Shown: one piece after another, positions 35,017 through 45,265 of the stretch
Layout of the letters: each line of letters begins with the position of its first letter
Numbering within the stretch: position 1 is the first letter of the stretch
Source: Candidatus Marsarchaeota archaeon
GTDB lineage: Archaea > Micrarchaeota > Micrarchaeia > Micrarchaeales > Micrarchaeaceae
DNA: 64,000 bases
Assembly (NCBI GenBank): GCA_023473255.1
Contig: JAMCYW010000015.1
Location: 932 to 64,931 of the forward strand
Direction: 5' to 3'
Notes under the pieces: generated by a model
Told to the model about the DNA's origin: nothing
Seen by the model: the letters and a program-made list of their open reading frames with translations, nothing else
Databases searched by the model: none
Translations under genes and position numbers: made by a program

Positions 35017-35484
35017 ATGCTCGTTGAGTTTCTGGCGATAGCTGCATTGGAATTGATTTCGATAGCTGCGATATTCGCGCTGAAGGACCTTCTGCATATC
35101 GGCATAATGCTGGCAGCCATATTCCTGTTAAACTCGCTAATGTTCCTGATATTGGGCCAGCCTCTAATGGCAATAATACAGCTTTTCATACTTATAGGGG
35201 GCATTACAACATATTTCGTGATCGGCGTCGCATCTACGAGCTATTCGAAGTTCCCGCACACGAATGCAGCAAAACTTGCAGCCGTATCAATCATATTATT
35301 TGCCGCAATCGCATATCCTATGCATGCGTTGCAATTTTCCCAGGGATCACCGGGCGCCGTTACGGGCAGCGGCATATCGAATTCCATATCTGCATATCTG
35401 CCGCTGTTTTACATGCTTGCCATAATGCTTTTCGCAGCTGCATTCGGCTCAATAATACTGTTCAAGAGGATTGGAAGACCATGA
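35017..35484 (+). CDS. nuoJ: NADH-quinone oxidoreductase subunit J
   Basis: Position between nuoI and nuoK; hydrophobic 155-aa protein with an ND6-like N-terminus. Confidence 0.8.
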   Translation: MLVEFLAIAALELISIAAIFALKDLLHIGIMLAAIFLLNSLMFLILGQPLMAIIQLFILIGGITTYFVIGVASTSYSKFPHTNAAKLAAVSIILFAAIAYPMHALQFSQGSPGAVTGSGISNSISAYLPLFYMLAIMLFAAAFGSIILFKRIGRP

Positions 35485-35777
35485 TGGAATACTTCATAAC
35501 CTTTGGCATTGCCCTCCTGTCGATAGGCATAGCCGGCATAGCATCAAGCAGGCACCTTGTCATAATGCTCATGTCGATAGAGATAATACTTGTGGGTGCA
35601 TCACTTGTAGCAATTACCTTCTTCACATATTATTCTGGCAGTGCCATAATCCCGCTTCTGTTCACCATATGGGCTGTTGCTGCATCTGAAGTGATAATGC
35701 TCATATCGTTCTACAGGTATATGGCGAAGAGTGAATTCAGCCTGGATATAGCCAAGCTTTCGGAATTGAAGGATTGA
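35481..35777 (+). CDS. nuoK: NADH-quinone oxidoreductase subunit K
   Basis: 98 aa, three TM helices, ND4L-like (LMSIEIILVGASL ... AASEVIMLISFY); ATGA overlap with nuoJ. Confidence 0.85.
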   Translation: MMEYFITFGIALLSIGIAGIASSRHLVIMLMSIEIILVGASLVAITFFTYYSGSAIIPLLFTIWAVAASEVIMLISFYRYMAKSEFSLDIAKLSELKD

Positions 35778-35782
35778 TAAGC

Positions 35783-37573
35783 ATGTTACCATTATTTGTA
35801 ATCGCCCCGCTGTTATTTGGCGGATTCATATCCCTTTTCATGCGAGGCCGCTCACATATCGCCGGATGGACCGCATTTGCGTTCAGCATCGCATCGCTGG
35901 CCCTTGCTGCATATGCAGTGTTATATTCATTTGGCAAAGCCTATTCGATTACATGGTTTGCAATAGGCGGGCTAACCTTGCATATATCAATGGCAATATA
36001 CTCCCTCAACGCCATACTGCTCATGCTTGTTGCACTCATCGCCCCGCTTATAATGCTTTATTCGATAGGATACATGGATGTGCCTAGCGAACGCCCAAGA
36101 TTTTTCTTTGAGATAAGCATATTCGCAGCATCGATGATGCTTTTTGCGATATCCGCAAACTTCATAACAATGTTCATAGCGTGGGAGATGCTGGGCATAA
36201 CGAGCTACCTGCTTATAGGGTTCTGGTACCATCGTGAAAAGGCGCCTTACGCAGCCAGGAAGTCGATAACGACCATACTGATCGGCGATATGGCCATGCT
36301 GGCCGCAATGGTAGTCATATGGAACTCCTTCCATACATTCAATTTCTATTCGATAATGGCAAGCCCGTATATAAATTCAATACAGATCCCCCTGCTGCTG
36401 ATATTGGCGGCAGTGTTCACTAAATCAGCGCAATTCCCTTTTCACGAATGGCTTGCCGATGCTATGGAGGGCCCTACTCCAGTATCTGCATTCCTTCATT
36501 CATCGACAATGGTAAAAGCCGGGGTTTTTCTCGTTGCGCTCCTTCTGCCTCTTTTTTATGAAGCACACCTGCTTTACGTCATACTGGCATTCGGCATAGC
36601 TACGGCATTCATAGGTGCGACAAATGCAATAGCTGAGCGCCACATTAAAAAGATACTTGCATATTCAACTATGGAAGACCTTGGAATAATGCTTGTCGCC
36701 CTGGGGCTTCACGCTCTTTTGGCAGCAATGCTTTTCTTCATAGTGCAGACGTTCTATAAGGCCCTGCTTTTCATGAGCGCAGGGTCCATAATGAAGGCTA
36801 ATAACAACGCAGAGAACATATACCTAATAAAAGGCTCTTCAAAAAACAGGCTTCTTTTCATTTCTACGCTCTTTGGGGTCGGATCAATTGCAGGCATATT
36901 CCCATTGAGTGGATTCTTCGGAAAAGTTGCAATAGACTCGGCAGCCAGCAATATTTACGTATACATATTGTTGACTGTAGTGGAATTTGCAAGCAGCATC
37001 TACATATTCAGATGGCTTTTCATACCTATGCGCGATCCGCTTACCAAAGGCATTGACGCAGAGCTGACCTCAAAATACCAGAACATACCAAAGACCATGC
37101 TGTTCGCCATCGCAGTGCTTGCATTCCTTGTTGTAGTGGGTGCGTTCGCATATGCATACCTGCCTAATCTGCCATATTCAAATGCGTTCATCAATACTAA
37201 TATACCGTTACATATTTCATTTATTTCGGGATTAGTGGAAACAATAGCGGTGCTCCTTGGTTTATCCATAACCTATTACGCATATGTCAAGATGAGCCTG
37301 AAAGGCCTGTCGTCGCATAGGATACTTCATACTCTATTATACAACAGCATTGCAGTGAATTGGGCATATTCTATAATCGCCAGTGCAGTCTATGAACTTG
37401 GCGGACTAGTAAATTCATTCGATTACGCACTTTACTGGTTTATGGTAATGGGTGGCGACGGCACTGTATTCATAGCAGAAAAGCTAAGGAGGGTCGTAAA
37501 CGGGCAGATTAACACATATGCGGTTGCATTCGCCGCCGGCATAATATTATTAATAATAATCATCGCTGTGTGA
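35783..37573 (+). CDS. nuoL: NADH-quinone oxidoreductase subunit L
   Basis: ND5/Mrp antiporter-like (WEMLGITSYLLIGFWY, KSAQFPFHEWLADAMEGPTPVSAFLHS). ATG 35783 preferred over TTG 35774. Confidence 0.9.
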   Translation: MLPLFVIAPLLFGGFISLFMRGRSHIAGWTAFAFSIASLALAAYAVLYSFGKAYSITWFAIGGLTLHISMAIYSLNAILLMLVALIAPLIMLYSIGYMDVPSERPRFFFEISIFAASMMLFAISANFITMFIAWEMLGITSYLLIGFWYHREKAPYAARKSITTILIGDMAMLAAMVVIWNSFHTFNFYSIMASPYINSIQIPLLLILAAVFTKSAQFPFHEWLADAMEGPTPVSAFLHSSTMVKAGVFLVALLLPLFYEAHLLYVILAFGIATAFIGATNAIAERHIKKILAYSTMEDLGIMLVALGLHALLAAMLFFIVQTFYKALLFMSAGSIMKANNNAENIYLIKGSSKNRLLFISTLFGVGSIAGIFPLSGFFGKVAIDSAASNIYVYILLTVVEFASSIYIFRWLFIPMRDPLTKGIDAELTSKYQNIPKTMLFAIAVLAFLVVVGAFAYAYLPNLPYSNAFINTNIPLHISFISGLVETIAVLLGLSITYYAYVKMSLKGLSSHRILHTLLYNSIAVNWAYSIIASAVYELGGLVNSFDYALYWFMVMGGDGTVFIAEKLRRVVNGQINTYAVAFAAGIILLIIIIAV

Positions 37574-37577
37574 AAAT

Positions 37578-38987
37578 ATGATCCAAATATTGTTTATATC
37601 GCTCATTACAATTGCAATAGCAATAGCTGCAAATATTATTTTCGGAAGGAGATACTCGCAGCATATATCAATAGCCGCAGTGTTGCTTGTAATCGCATAC
37701 ATGTCGTATTCGATAAGCGCATTTACGTCAGGCAATCTTGCGGTATCGGAAAGCCTGCCGTACATAAGCTCATTGGGCATATCCTTGCATTTCATACTTA
37801 GCCCGATATCGCTCATGCTCATAGTCATGTCATTGATAGTCACGCTTGCCGCAATAGTGTGGCAGGGCTCCAGGGGCGCAAATACTCGTTCCATAAATTC
37901 GTTGCTGTTGCTTTTCCTGCTTTCGGCAATAGGCCTGTTTGCATCTGCCAATCTGTTCCTGTTTTATGTCTTCTGGGATGTAGGGGTCATATCTGTATTC
38001 TTCATCATACGATCGTTCGGAAGCGCATCCAGGGATGTTGCAGCGAAGAACTTCCTGATATACTCCATATTTGCTAGCGCGCTGCTGCTCTTTGCGATAA
38101 TGCTGATATACTTTTATACCCCTATAGGGTCATTCAACATAAGCTACATAACAGCACATTCATCAGAAATACCTACTGCTGTCCAGGAATCGATATTCAT
38201 GCTCATGTTCATGGCATTCGCCATAAAGATGCCAATATTTCCATTTCACTCCTGGATGCCGAACGCGTATTCCGATGCACCTACTTCAGGTTCAGTGGTG
38301 ATTGCGGGAGTGCTCTCAAAATTCGGAGCGTATGGCATGCTCGTATTATTCTATCTGCTTCCTGTTGCAGAAACGCTTAAATCATATGTATATGCTATAG
38401 CTGTCATATCCGTATTCTACTCTGCATTTGCAGCAATGAGGCAGAACGATTTGAAGAAAATGGCAGGTTATACGAGCATGATTGAAAGCGGCATAATATT
38501 GGCAGGCATAACTGCTATGAATTACCTAGGAGAATACGGGTCTGTATATATGATGCTTGCGCATGGATTTACAATTGCATTGATGTTCATAGCGATAGGC
38601 TCGCTTGAGTTCGCATACGGCACCAGGAGCATAAGCATACTAAAGGGCGCGGTATCGTCGGCCAAGTCCGCTTCCTATTCGTTTATATTCTCAATATTCA
38701 GCTCCACTGGCATGCCATTGACTGCAGGATTCATCGCAGAGCTAATGATATTCATAGGCACTGTTGGCGCTTTCGGATTATACGGAATCGTACCGCTGAT
38801 AGGCATAATACTTCTTGGCGCATATATGTATCTGGCCGCAAGCAGGTCTATAATGTCAACAAAGGAAAAACTCCCAGATGTCGGGATTATAAACAGATCG
38901 CAGAGAGCTGCAATGGCGATAGCAATCGCAGCCGTATTGTTCTTCGGCATATTTCCATTCATATTTCTTAATATGGTAAAAATTTAG
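37578..38987 (+). CDS. nuoM: NADH-quinone oxidoreductase subunit M
   Basis: ND4-like (FYVFWDVGVISVFFII, AIKMPIFPFHSWMPNAYSDAPTSGSVVIAGVLSKFG). Confidence 0.9.
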   Translation: MIQILFISLITIAIAIAANIIFGRRYSQHISIAAVLLVIAYMSYSISAFTSGNLAVSESLPYISSLGISLHFILSPISLMLIVMSLIVTLAAIVWQGSRGANTRSINSLLLLFLLSAIGLFASANLFLFYVFWDVGVISVFFIIRSFGSASRDVAAKNFLIYSIFASALLLFAIMLIYFYTPIGSFNISYITAHSSEIPTAVQESIFMLMFMAFAIKMPIFPFHSWMPNAYSDAPTSGSVVIAGVLSKFGAYGMLVLFYLLPVAETLKSYVYAIAVISVFYSAFAAMRQNDLKKMAGYTSMIESGIILAGITAMNYLGEYGSVYMMLAHGFTIALMFIAIGSLEFAYGTRSISILKGAVSSAKSASYSFIFSIFSSTGMPLTAGFIAELMIFIGTVGAFGLYGIVPLIGIILLGAYMYLAASRSIMSTKEKLPDVGIINRSQRAAMAIAIAAVLFFGIFPFIFLNMVKI

Positions 38988-38995
38988 GTATTTAA

Positions 38996-40399
38996 ATGGC
39001 ACCAATAGAATATTTCGGATATGCGCTTTTCGCGCTGCTGGCACTGCTGGCGCTTGCGGCCATGTCTGCACCATTTCACAGGCGTAAAAAGGTGTCATTC
39101 GTTTTAGGAGCAGCAATACTTGCAGCCATAACCTTGACTGCATCATACCTATTTGCCTCTGGATCAAGCTTCTACCTGCTAAATATATTCAGGATATATC
39201 CGTTTTCAATGCTGTTTGTTGGCATATTTTCAATATCGCTGCTATTGGTGATGGCCCTTTCATATGATGCACCTGGAAGTTTTGATTCTTTCTTCATGAT
39301 GTTTGGGTTTGCTGCCCTGGGCATAATTATGGTGCCTATGGCGTCGTCATTGATAGGGCTTTTGCTGTCGCTGGAATTGGCATCGATACCGACTGTATTC
39401 ATGATAGCGATAAACGGCAAGAAATTCATAGAGTCATCAGTCAAGCTACTCATAATGTCCGGCATTGCAATATCCATATTGGTATTTGGAATGGCGCTAA
39501 TATTTCCGTACGACGCCCAGTTGTCATTGGTGCAGATAAGCAGTGCATCTGGGCTGATAAAAGGCAGCTACCTCGCCCTTCTGGCACTAGTGCTTTTCAT
39601 AGGCGGCCTATCGATAGAAGCAGCACTATCTCCGTTCAATCTGTGGGTTCCTGACGTGTACTCTGGCGCCCCTACGAATATGTCTGCTATGCTTTCCGGC
39701 ATAAACAAGAAGGTGGCGTTGGTTGCGATTATGGAGATATCGTTTGCCATGTTTGCAGCATACAGCAGCACATACGTAACCATTTTCATGATCCTGTCAA
39801 TATTTACTATGTTCTTCGGCAACCTCGCTGCGATGGTGCAAAAAAGCGTCAAGCGCCTTTTAGCATATTCATCCATATCTCAGGCCGGCTACATACTAGT
39901 AGGATTTGCAGCAGCGTCGCAATATGGTTTGGAAGCCAGCATATTCCAAATGATCACGCACTCCTTCATGATCATAGGCGCGTTCGCCGTAATAATGTTC
40001 TTGGAAAGCCAAGGCATAAAAACCATAGAAGAATACCGCGGGATGAGTTCAAGGAACAAGTATCTGCCAATTGCGTTATCGCTTCTATTGCTCTCCATGG
40101 CAGGGGTACCTCCTCTGATGGGCTTTGACGGCAAATTCCTGCTTTTCACAAGCGCCATAAAATCAGATCTATTGGCTCTGGCATTTATAGGCATCCTCAA
40201 CAGCTTCTTGTCTATCTATTATTACGGCAAGGTCATTATTGCAATGTACCAACCAAAGAAGGAAGAAAGGATAATCGCCCCAAAAGCAATAATCGCAGTG
40301 ATTTCCATAGCGTTGTTCGTGATAATAGTGTTTGGCATCTATCCACAGCCCGTAATGACAATAGCTGGAAAGGCAGCATCTGCGCTACTTGGCATATGA
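38996..40399 (+). CDS. nuoN: NADH-quinone oxidoreductase subunit N
   Basis: ND2-like (SPFNLWVPDVYSGAPTNMSAML, KRLLAYSSISQAGYIL). Confidence 0.9.
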   Translation: MAPIEYFGYALFALLALLALAAMSAPFHRRKKVSFVLGAAILAAITLTASYLFASGSSFYLLNIFRIYPFSMLFVGIFSISLLLVMALSYDAPGSFDSFFMMFGFAALGIIMVPMASSLIGLLLSLELASIPTVFMIAINGKKFIESSVKLLIMSGIAISILVFGMALIFPYDAQLSLVQISSASGLIKGSYLALLALVLFIGGLSIEAALSPFNLWVPDVYSGAPTNMSAMLSGINKKVALVAIMEISFAMFAAYSSTYVTIFMILSIFTMFFGNLAAMVQKSVKRLLAYSSISQAGYILVGFAAASQYGLEASIFQMITHSFMIIGAFAVIMFLESQGIKTIEEYRGMSSRNKYLPIALSLLLLSMAGVPPLMGFDGKFLLFTSAIKSDLLALAFIGILNSFLSIYYYGKVIIAMYQPKKEERIIAPKAIIAVISIALFVIIVFGIYPQPVMTIAGKAASALLGI

Positions 40400-40444
40400 C
40401 AAAACATATTAATATTATAAAATCCGGATCATACTGGTGAGCAA

Positions 40445-40990
40445 ATGCAAAGCTCTATAAATCACAGCAAGAACGCAGAACAGGTTAATGATTGGGAAAT
40501 TAAAAGATATAAGACTACGGATAAGGAGATAAAGGAACTGCTCAAGCGCGTGTTTGCTGCAGAAGACAAACTGATAGAATGCAATTCGTTTCTTAAAAGG
40601 CTAACGTCATTAAGGGGCTCTTCAAAGCTGAAGAATGAAGCTGCCAAATTAGAGCTGTCAAAAGCTATGGTGTGCGCGCTTGAAGAATTGAAAAAGACGG
40701 AAAACGGCCCATTGGAGTACATCAGGGAAAGCACCATGGATCTTTATGGTGTATACCGCATCGTGCAAATACTGCCTATATATCACAAGGATATGCAAGC
40801 ACAATTCTATTCGCTTAAGAAAAATTCAATGCAGTTATTTCAATACTCTACCGAAAGCAGCTACAATCAATTGCAAAATGCATATATGGATATTTATACC
40901 GATATCCCTGCCACAGAATACAATAAGGCGAAGTGCAATGAAATCATAGACGATATGATAAAGCATCTAAAATTTGCATACACTATCTAA
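40445..40990 (+). CDS. Hypothetical protein (181 aa)
   Basis: ORF-track ORF, ATG start; helical and charged, no motif recognised. Confidence 0.5.
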   Translation: MQSSINHSKNAEQVNDWEIKRYKTTDKEIKELLKRVFAAEDKLIECNSFLKRLTSLRGSSKLKNEAAKLELSKAMVCALEELKKTENGPLEYIRESTMDLYGVYRIVQILPIYHKDMQAQFYSLKKNSMQLFQYSTESSYNQLQNAYMDIYTDIPATEYNKAKCNEIIDDMIKHLKFAYTI

Positions 40991-42099
40991 TCTGACAGTC
41001 CCCGCAAAAAGAATCTTTTTATCATAACCTTCGGGCTATCCATATCGCCATATTTGCCGAAGAAATTTTCTGCTCCAAGAAGCTTTGCGGTCTTCATGAG
41101 CAGTTCAAGCCCAAGCGCCCCGCTTCCAGAATAATATCTGTGTAAAATTGAGTGGAGTTTAAGGTCAAGTCCATATCTCTTCCTCCATTCTTTCTCGTAT
41201 GCCGATAGCGGAACATTGCTGTTTATGTTGCGTATTATTATTTCAGAAGCAGTTTTAGCGCATGATGCGCCGAATATTATGCCTCCGCCTGTGGTTGCCT
41301 TTATCTGCCCTGCTGCATCTCCTACCAACAATACATTGCCACTTACAGTTTTCTTCCTTGCAGCCAATGGGATAAGGCTTGCATGCGCCCCCTCCTGCAC
41401 GGCGCCGCCTATCGCGTGCTCTATCGAGCTGTTCTTTACAAATTTTTCAAACGCGCTCCTGCTGTTGCTTTTAGAGCTATCGCTGGTGCCTACTCCTATC
41501 TCGAGTTTAGAGTCAGAATATGGTGCCATCCATCCAAAGAACCGGTTAGAAATACTGTTTGAAAAAAAGAGGTCCACTACATGTTTATCCTCAATTTTGG
41601 CCTTGCTGTACTCTGCTTTATATGTCAATACATATTCATTTATTTTAGGAAATCCGAATGCCTTAGCAACGCTGGAAACTGCCCCGTCTGCTCCGACCAC
41701 TATGGAATCGGGATCCTTGGCAATCTCTTTTATATCCTTTTCGTACAGCCTTCGCCCAAGCACCACATCCGCACCAAACGATAATGCTTCTTTGTAAAGC
41801 GCCTCAACAAACATGCCGCGGTCCAAAACATATGCCTGCACGGATTTCGATTTTACATTCAATTCAGCCCTATTGGCGTGCAGCCGCGCGCCATACAGGG
41901 TGTTTACAATAGAGTCTTTGTAATTTATCTGAAGCCTTTCAAGTCCGTTCTTGGAGAGTATGCCTGATGCCCTCTCCGCTCCATCTGATACTCGCTTTTT
42001 GCCATCGTATACCGTAACATATATGCCCTTTTTTGCAAGTGCAATGGCCAGCGTTAAACCTATGACTCCTGCTCCTATTATTGCAACATTTCTCGCCAT
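40987..42099 (-). CDS. Geranylgeranyl reductase family FAD-dependent oxidoreductase
   Basis: N-terminal VAIIGAGVIGLTLAIALAKKG (FAD-binding fold) and LLVGDAAGQIKATTGGGI (GGR-family motif). Confidence 0.85.
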   Translation of the reverse strand: MARNVAIIGAGVIGLTLAIALAKKGIYVTVYDGKKRVSDGAERASGILSKNGLERLQINYKDSIVNTLYGARLHANRAELNVKSKSVQAYVLDRGMFVEALYKEALSFGADVVLGRRLYEKDIKEIAKDPDSIVVGADGAVSSVAKAFGFPKINEYVLTYKAEYSKAKIEDKHVVDLFFSNSISNRFFGWMAPYSDSKLEIGVGTSDSSKSNSRSAFEKFVKNSSIEHAIGGAVQEGAHASLIPLAARKKTVSGNVLLVGDAAGQIKATTGGGIIFGASCAKTASEIIIRNINSNVPLSAYEKEWRKRYGLDLKLHSILHRYYSGSGALGLELLMKTAKLLGAENFFGKYGDMDSPKVMIKRFFLRGLSD

Positions 42100-42136
42100 A
42101 TGAAAAAGCCCCTATAAATACTATATATTTATATTT

Positions 42137-42565
42137 TTGTTTTTAAACTTATCTATAGATGGTGGTTATACGGCTTCAAAAAAAACTGGCAACACAAAAA
42201 TAGAAAAAAACACATTGCAACCTAGTTCTGCTGGCAACATAGAGTTCCCAAAGATAAAAATACAGAATATAGTTGTGAGCGCAGACCTTCACGCTGTAAT
42301 AGACCTATATGCGCTTTCGAAGGAAGTGAAAGCCGTAGACTATGAACCAGAGCAGTTTCCTGGAGCTATATTCAGGATTGCTGAACCTAAAGCAGTTATA
42401 ATATTATTCAAGAATGGAAAGATGATATGCACCGGAGCCAACACTGAAGTAAATATAAGAAAGGTACTGGCATACGCAGCAGGAATAATGTCAAAGTACG
42501 TGATATCGCTAAATGCTCCTGCATCTGAAGGCAAGCCGCAAAGGCCGTCAAAGCAGGTCAAATGA
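42137..42565 (+). CDS. TATA-box-binding-protein homologue with a single TBP repeat
   Basis: IQNIVVSADLHAVIDLYALSKEVKAVDYEPEQFPGAIFRIAEPKAVIILFKNGKMICTGAN is one TBP repeat. There is no second repeat and no in-frame ATG/GTG upstream of the repeat (TTG at 42137 or 42215). Confidence 0.6.
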   Translation: MFLNLSIDGGYTASKKTGNTKIEKNTLQPSSAGNIEFPKIKIQNIVVSADLHAVIDLYALSKEVKAVDYEPEQFPGAIFRIAEPKAVIILFKNGKMICTGANTEVNIRKVLAYAAGIMSKYVISLNAPASEGKPQRPSKQVK

Positions 42566-42569
42566 GAAA

Positions 42570-43712
42570 TTATCCGGAATCCCTTACTTTTTTAAGCCCT
42601 GCATCGAACAGCTTGAAAAATCTTTCCCACGAATAATGTTTTTTGACCCTTTCAATTCCATTCCTGCCCATCCTTTCGGCTAGGTCTGCATTCCCTGCTA
42701 TGAGCGCCATTTTCCTAGCCATTTCCTCCTTGCTGTTTGCAAGGAACCCTGTTTCTCTATCAATTATAGTTTCCTTAGGGCCGCCTTCATTTACTGCTAT
42801 TATCGGTTTTCCGCTTGCCATGGCCTCCAAAGGCACCAGTCCATAATCTTCATTGGACGGCGTATAAAGCACAGCTGTGGATCTAGAATAAAAATCTATC
42901 AGCATTGCCTCGCTTACACCCTTTGCTACTATTACGTTTCCCGTTTCTTCAGCGAGCTTCATCACCCTAAGGTAATATTCATAATAAAATTTATCCTTAG
43001 AAATGTCGCCCAATATGATAAGCTTGTAATTACTGAATTTCTTGTTTTTCCTGAATATCCTAAATGCCTCAATGGCATAGTCCTGTCTTTTGTTGGGCGA
43101 TATTCTTGACGGGTAAAAGAAATACTTCTCATCACCCTTATTTTTATATTTGTCATAGTCCACCCCCCCGGGAAGCACCTTTGCATCATCCCTCTCAAGA
43201 TATTTTGATATCCTGCTTTTGGTGTTTCTGCTGTTTGCGAAAATAAGCTCTATGTCCTTAGTCACATTCCTGTCTATGCGCCTGACAATCCTGGCACCTG
43301 CTGCATATACTGGCTTCTTCATTGGGTTCCTCAGCGACATTCTGTAGCTGTAAAGGTCATACACCTCCCTCAAAGGCGTATGGCAGTACCACAATACCCT
43401 GTCGTTGTGCTTCCTTATCCAGTTGCTTGGGGATATGTGCGCATTTATAACATCGTAGTCCTCTTCAACTTTGAAATTGTAGAAGCCCATGCCGTAATCC
43501 AACCCCTGGGTAAGCCTTCCATACGGCAGCATCCTTCCGAACATGCCTCGCCCTATAACCTTTATGTCAATGTCCTTGAACCCTTCGAATGTGCTTTCCT
43601 CAGCATATTCTGGCGTATATATGGTGGCGCCATAATGCTGAGCTATCTTAAGTATGACGCGTTCCGCACCTCCCTTAAGGGTAAGATTTGCCTGTGCGAT
43701 AACCAGTTTCAA
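42570..43712 (-). CDS. Glycosyltransferase family 4 (GT-B, group 1)
   Basis: C-terminal EDYGLVPLEAMASGKPIIAVNEGGPKETIIDRETGFL is the GT4 EX7E-type motif. Confidence 0.85.
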   Translation of the reverse strand: MKLVIAQANLTLKGGAERVILKIAQHYGATIYTPEYAEESTFEGFKDIDIKVIGRGMFGRMLPYGRLTQGLDYGMGFYNFKVEEDYDVINAHISPSNWIRKHNDRVLWYCHTPLREVYDLYSYRMSLRNPMKKPVYAAGARIVRRIDRNVTKDIELIFANSRNTKSRISKYLERDDAKVLPGGVDYDKYKNKGDEKYFFYPSRISPNKRQDYAIEAFRIFRKNKKFSNYKLIILGDISKDKFYYEYYLRVMKLAEETGNVIVAKGVSEAMLIDFYSRSTAVLYTPSNEDYGLVPLEAMASGKPIIAVNEGGPKETIIDRETGFLANSKEEMARKMALIAGNADLAERMGRNGIERVKKHYSWERFFKLFDAGLKKVRDSG

Positions 43713-43888
43713 TGCAACACCCTAAATAAATCTCTTAAAGGATTAAAATGATTATGCTATTTATATTGTTATATGACAGCGCAAGTTTCCAAATTGCAGC
43801 GGCAAAGCCGCGCACTGCAATCTGCTGCATGAATCATCAATTCAAAACAAATAAATAATAAAAAGTAGATAGCTCTATACTGGTTTTC

Positions 43889-45184
43889 ATGGATTTGGGT
43901 GAAGGCCTTAGACAAGCACTTGCGAAGCTGTCAAGGGCAACTATAATAGACGCTAAGACTATAAAAGAGTTCAACAAGGAGCTCCAGAAGACGCTTTTGT
44001 CTTCAGACGTAGAGGTAAGCCTAGTCTTCAAGCTCACAAAAGCGATAGAAGACAAGGCGCTCAAGAGCCGCCCGCCTGCTGGCCTGGACCCAAGAGAATA
44101 TATAACAAACATAGTCTATGATGAGCTTGTAAGCTTAATGGGGCCAACATATGCGCCGAAAATGGGCAGGCAAAAGATACTTTTGGCTGGGCTATATGGC
44201 TCGGGCAAGACGACCACAGCAGCAAAGCTTGCCAAATACTACCAAGATCGTGGCTTCAGTGCAGGTGTCATATGCTGCGATGTAGTCCGCCCTGCCGCAT
44301 ACGAGCAGCTAGAAACACTTGCAAGGCAGGCAAACATTGGTTTTTTCGGCATAAAGGGCGAGGCTGATGCGGCAAAGATAGCTGAAAAGGGAATCCAAGA
44401 ACTGAAAGACAAGAAGGTCATTATATGCGATACCAGCGGAAGAAATGCTCTTGATTCGCAGCTCATAAACGAATTGAAAGCAGTAAATAAGGCTTTCAAT
44501 CCTGATGATAAAATCCTGGTCATAAGTGCGGACATCGGACAGGTTGCCGGAAGGCAGGCCAGAGAATTTGATTCTGCAATAAAACTCACTGGCGTCGTAA
44601 TAACAAAAATGGACGGTTCTGGAAAAGGCGGCGGAGCCCTGAGCGCTACCAATGCTGCGAAATCTAAGGTGCTGTTCATAGGCGTCGGAGAAAAATTAAA
44701 GGATTTGGAGCCATACGATTCTGACAGATTCATAGAAGAGCTCCTCGGCATACCTAATATATCAAAACTTGTTGAGCATGTGCAGAACGCAATAGCCGAA
44801 TCTGACATAAAGCAGGAAGAAGTAGACATAGACAAGTTTAATTTCGAAAGCTTTTATGCCCAGCTGAAAACCTTAAATAAGGTCGGACCGCTAAAAAATG
44901 TTTTTGGCATGATGGGTGCCCCTGATGTGCCTAAAGACATGCTTGAAAAAAGCGAAGGAAAATTGCAAAAATACAAGGTCATAATAGCTTCAATGACTCC
45001 GCAGGAGCGTTCTAACGAAAGGCTTATACATGATGCCAAAAGGATAAAAAGAATCGCTATGGGCAGCGGCACTACGGAGAAGGATGTGCACGAATTGCTG
45101 TCGGATTTCAATAAGATGAAGAAATCATTCAATCTGCTAAAAAATGACAGAAATATGAAACGATTTTTCTCAAAATTCGGCTGA
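43889..45184 (+). CDS. srp54: Signal recognition particle protein SRP54
   Basis: N domain, G domain (LLAGLYGSGKTTTAAKLA, ICDTSGR, ITKMDGSGKGG) and a Met-rich C-terminal M domain. Confidence 0.9.
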   Translation: MDLGEGLRQALAKLSRATIIDAKTIKEFNKELQKTLLSSDVEVSLVFKLTKAIEDKALKSRPPAGLDPREYITNIVYDELVSLMGPTYAPKMGRQKILLAGLYGSGKTTTAAKLAKYYQDRGFSAGVICCDVVRPAAYEQLETLARQANIGFFGIKGEADAAKIAEKGIQELKDKKVIICDTSGRNALDSQLINELKAVNKAFNPDDKILVISADIGQVAGRQAREFDSAIKLTGVVITKMDGSGKGGGALSATNAAKSKVLFIGVGEKLKDLEPYDSDRFIEELLGIPNISKLVEHVQNAIAESDIKQEEVDIDKFNFESFYAQLKTLNKVGPLKNVFGMMGAPDVPKDMLEKSEGKLQKYKVIIASMTPQERSNERLIHDAKRIKRIAMGSGTTEKDVHELLSDFNKMKKSFNLLKNDRNMKRFFSKFG

Positions 45185-45208
45185 GATGGTAAATAATAAG
45201 CCATCTAT

Positions 45209-45246
45209 CAAACAAAACAAAAAGAACACAAAAATAAAAAACAAAT
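45209..45246 (-). terminator. T-rich tract on the minus strand downstream of the 29-aa Lys-rich ORF
   Basis: Plus strand CAAACAAAACAAAAAGAACACAAAAATAAAAAACAAAT; T-rich on the minus strand about 20 nt after the stop at 45266. Confidence 0.35.
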
Positions 45247-45265
45247 CAATGGGCTAATACCCAAA

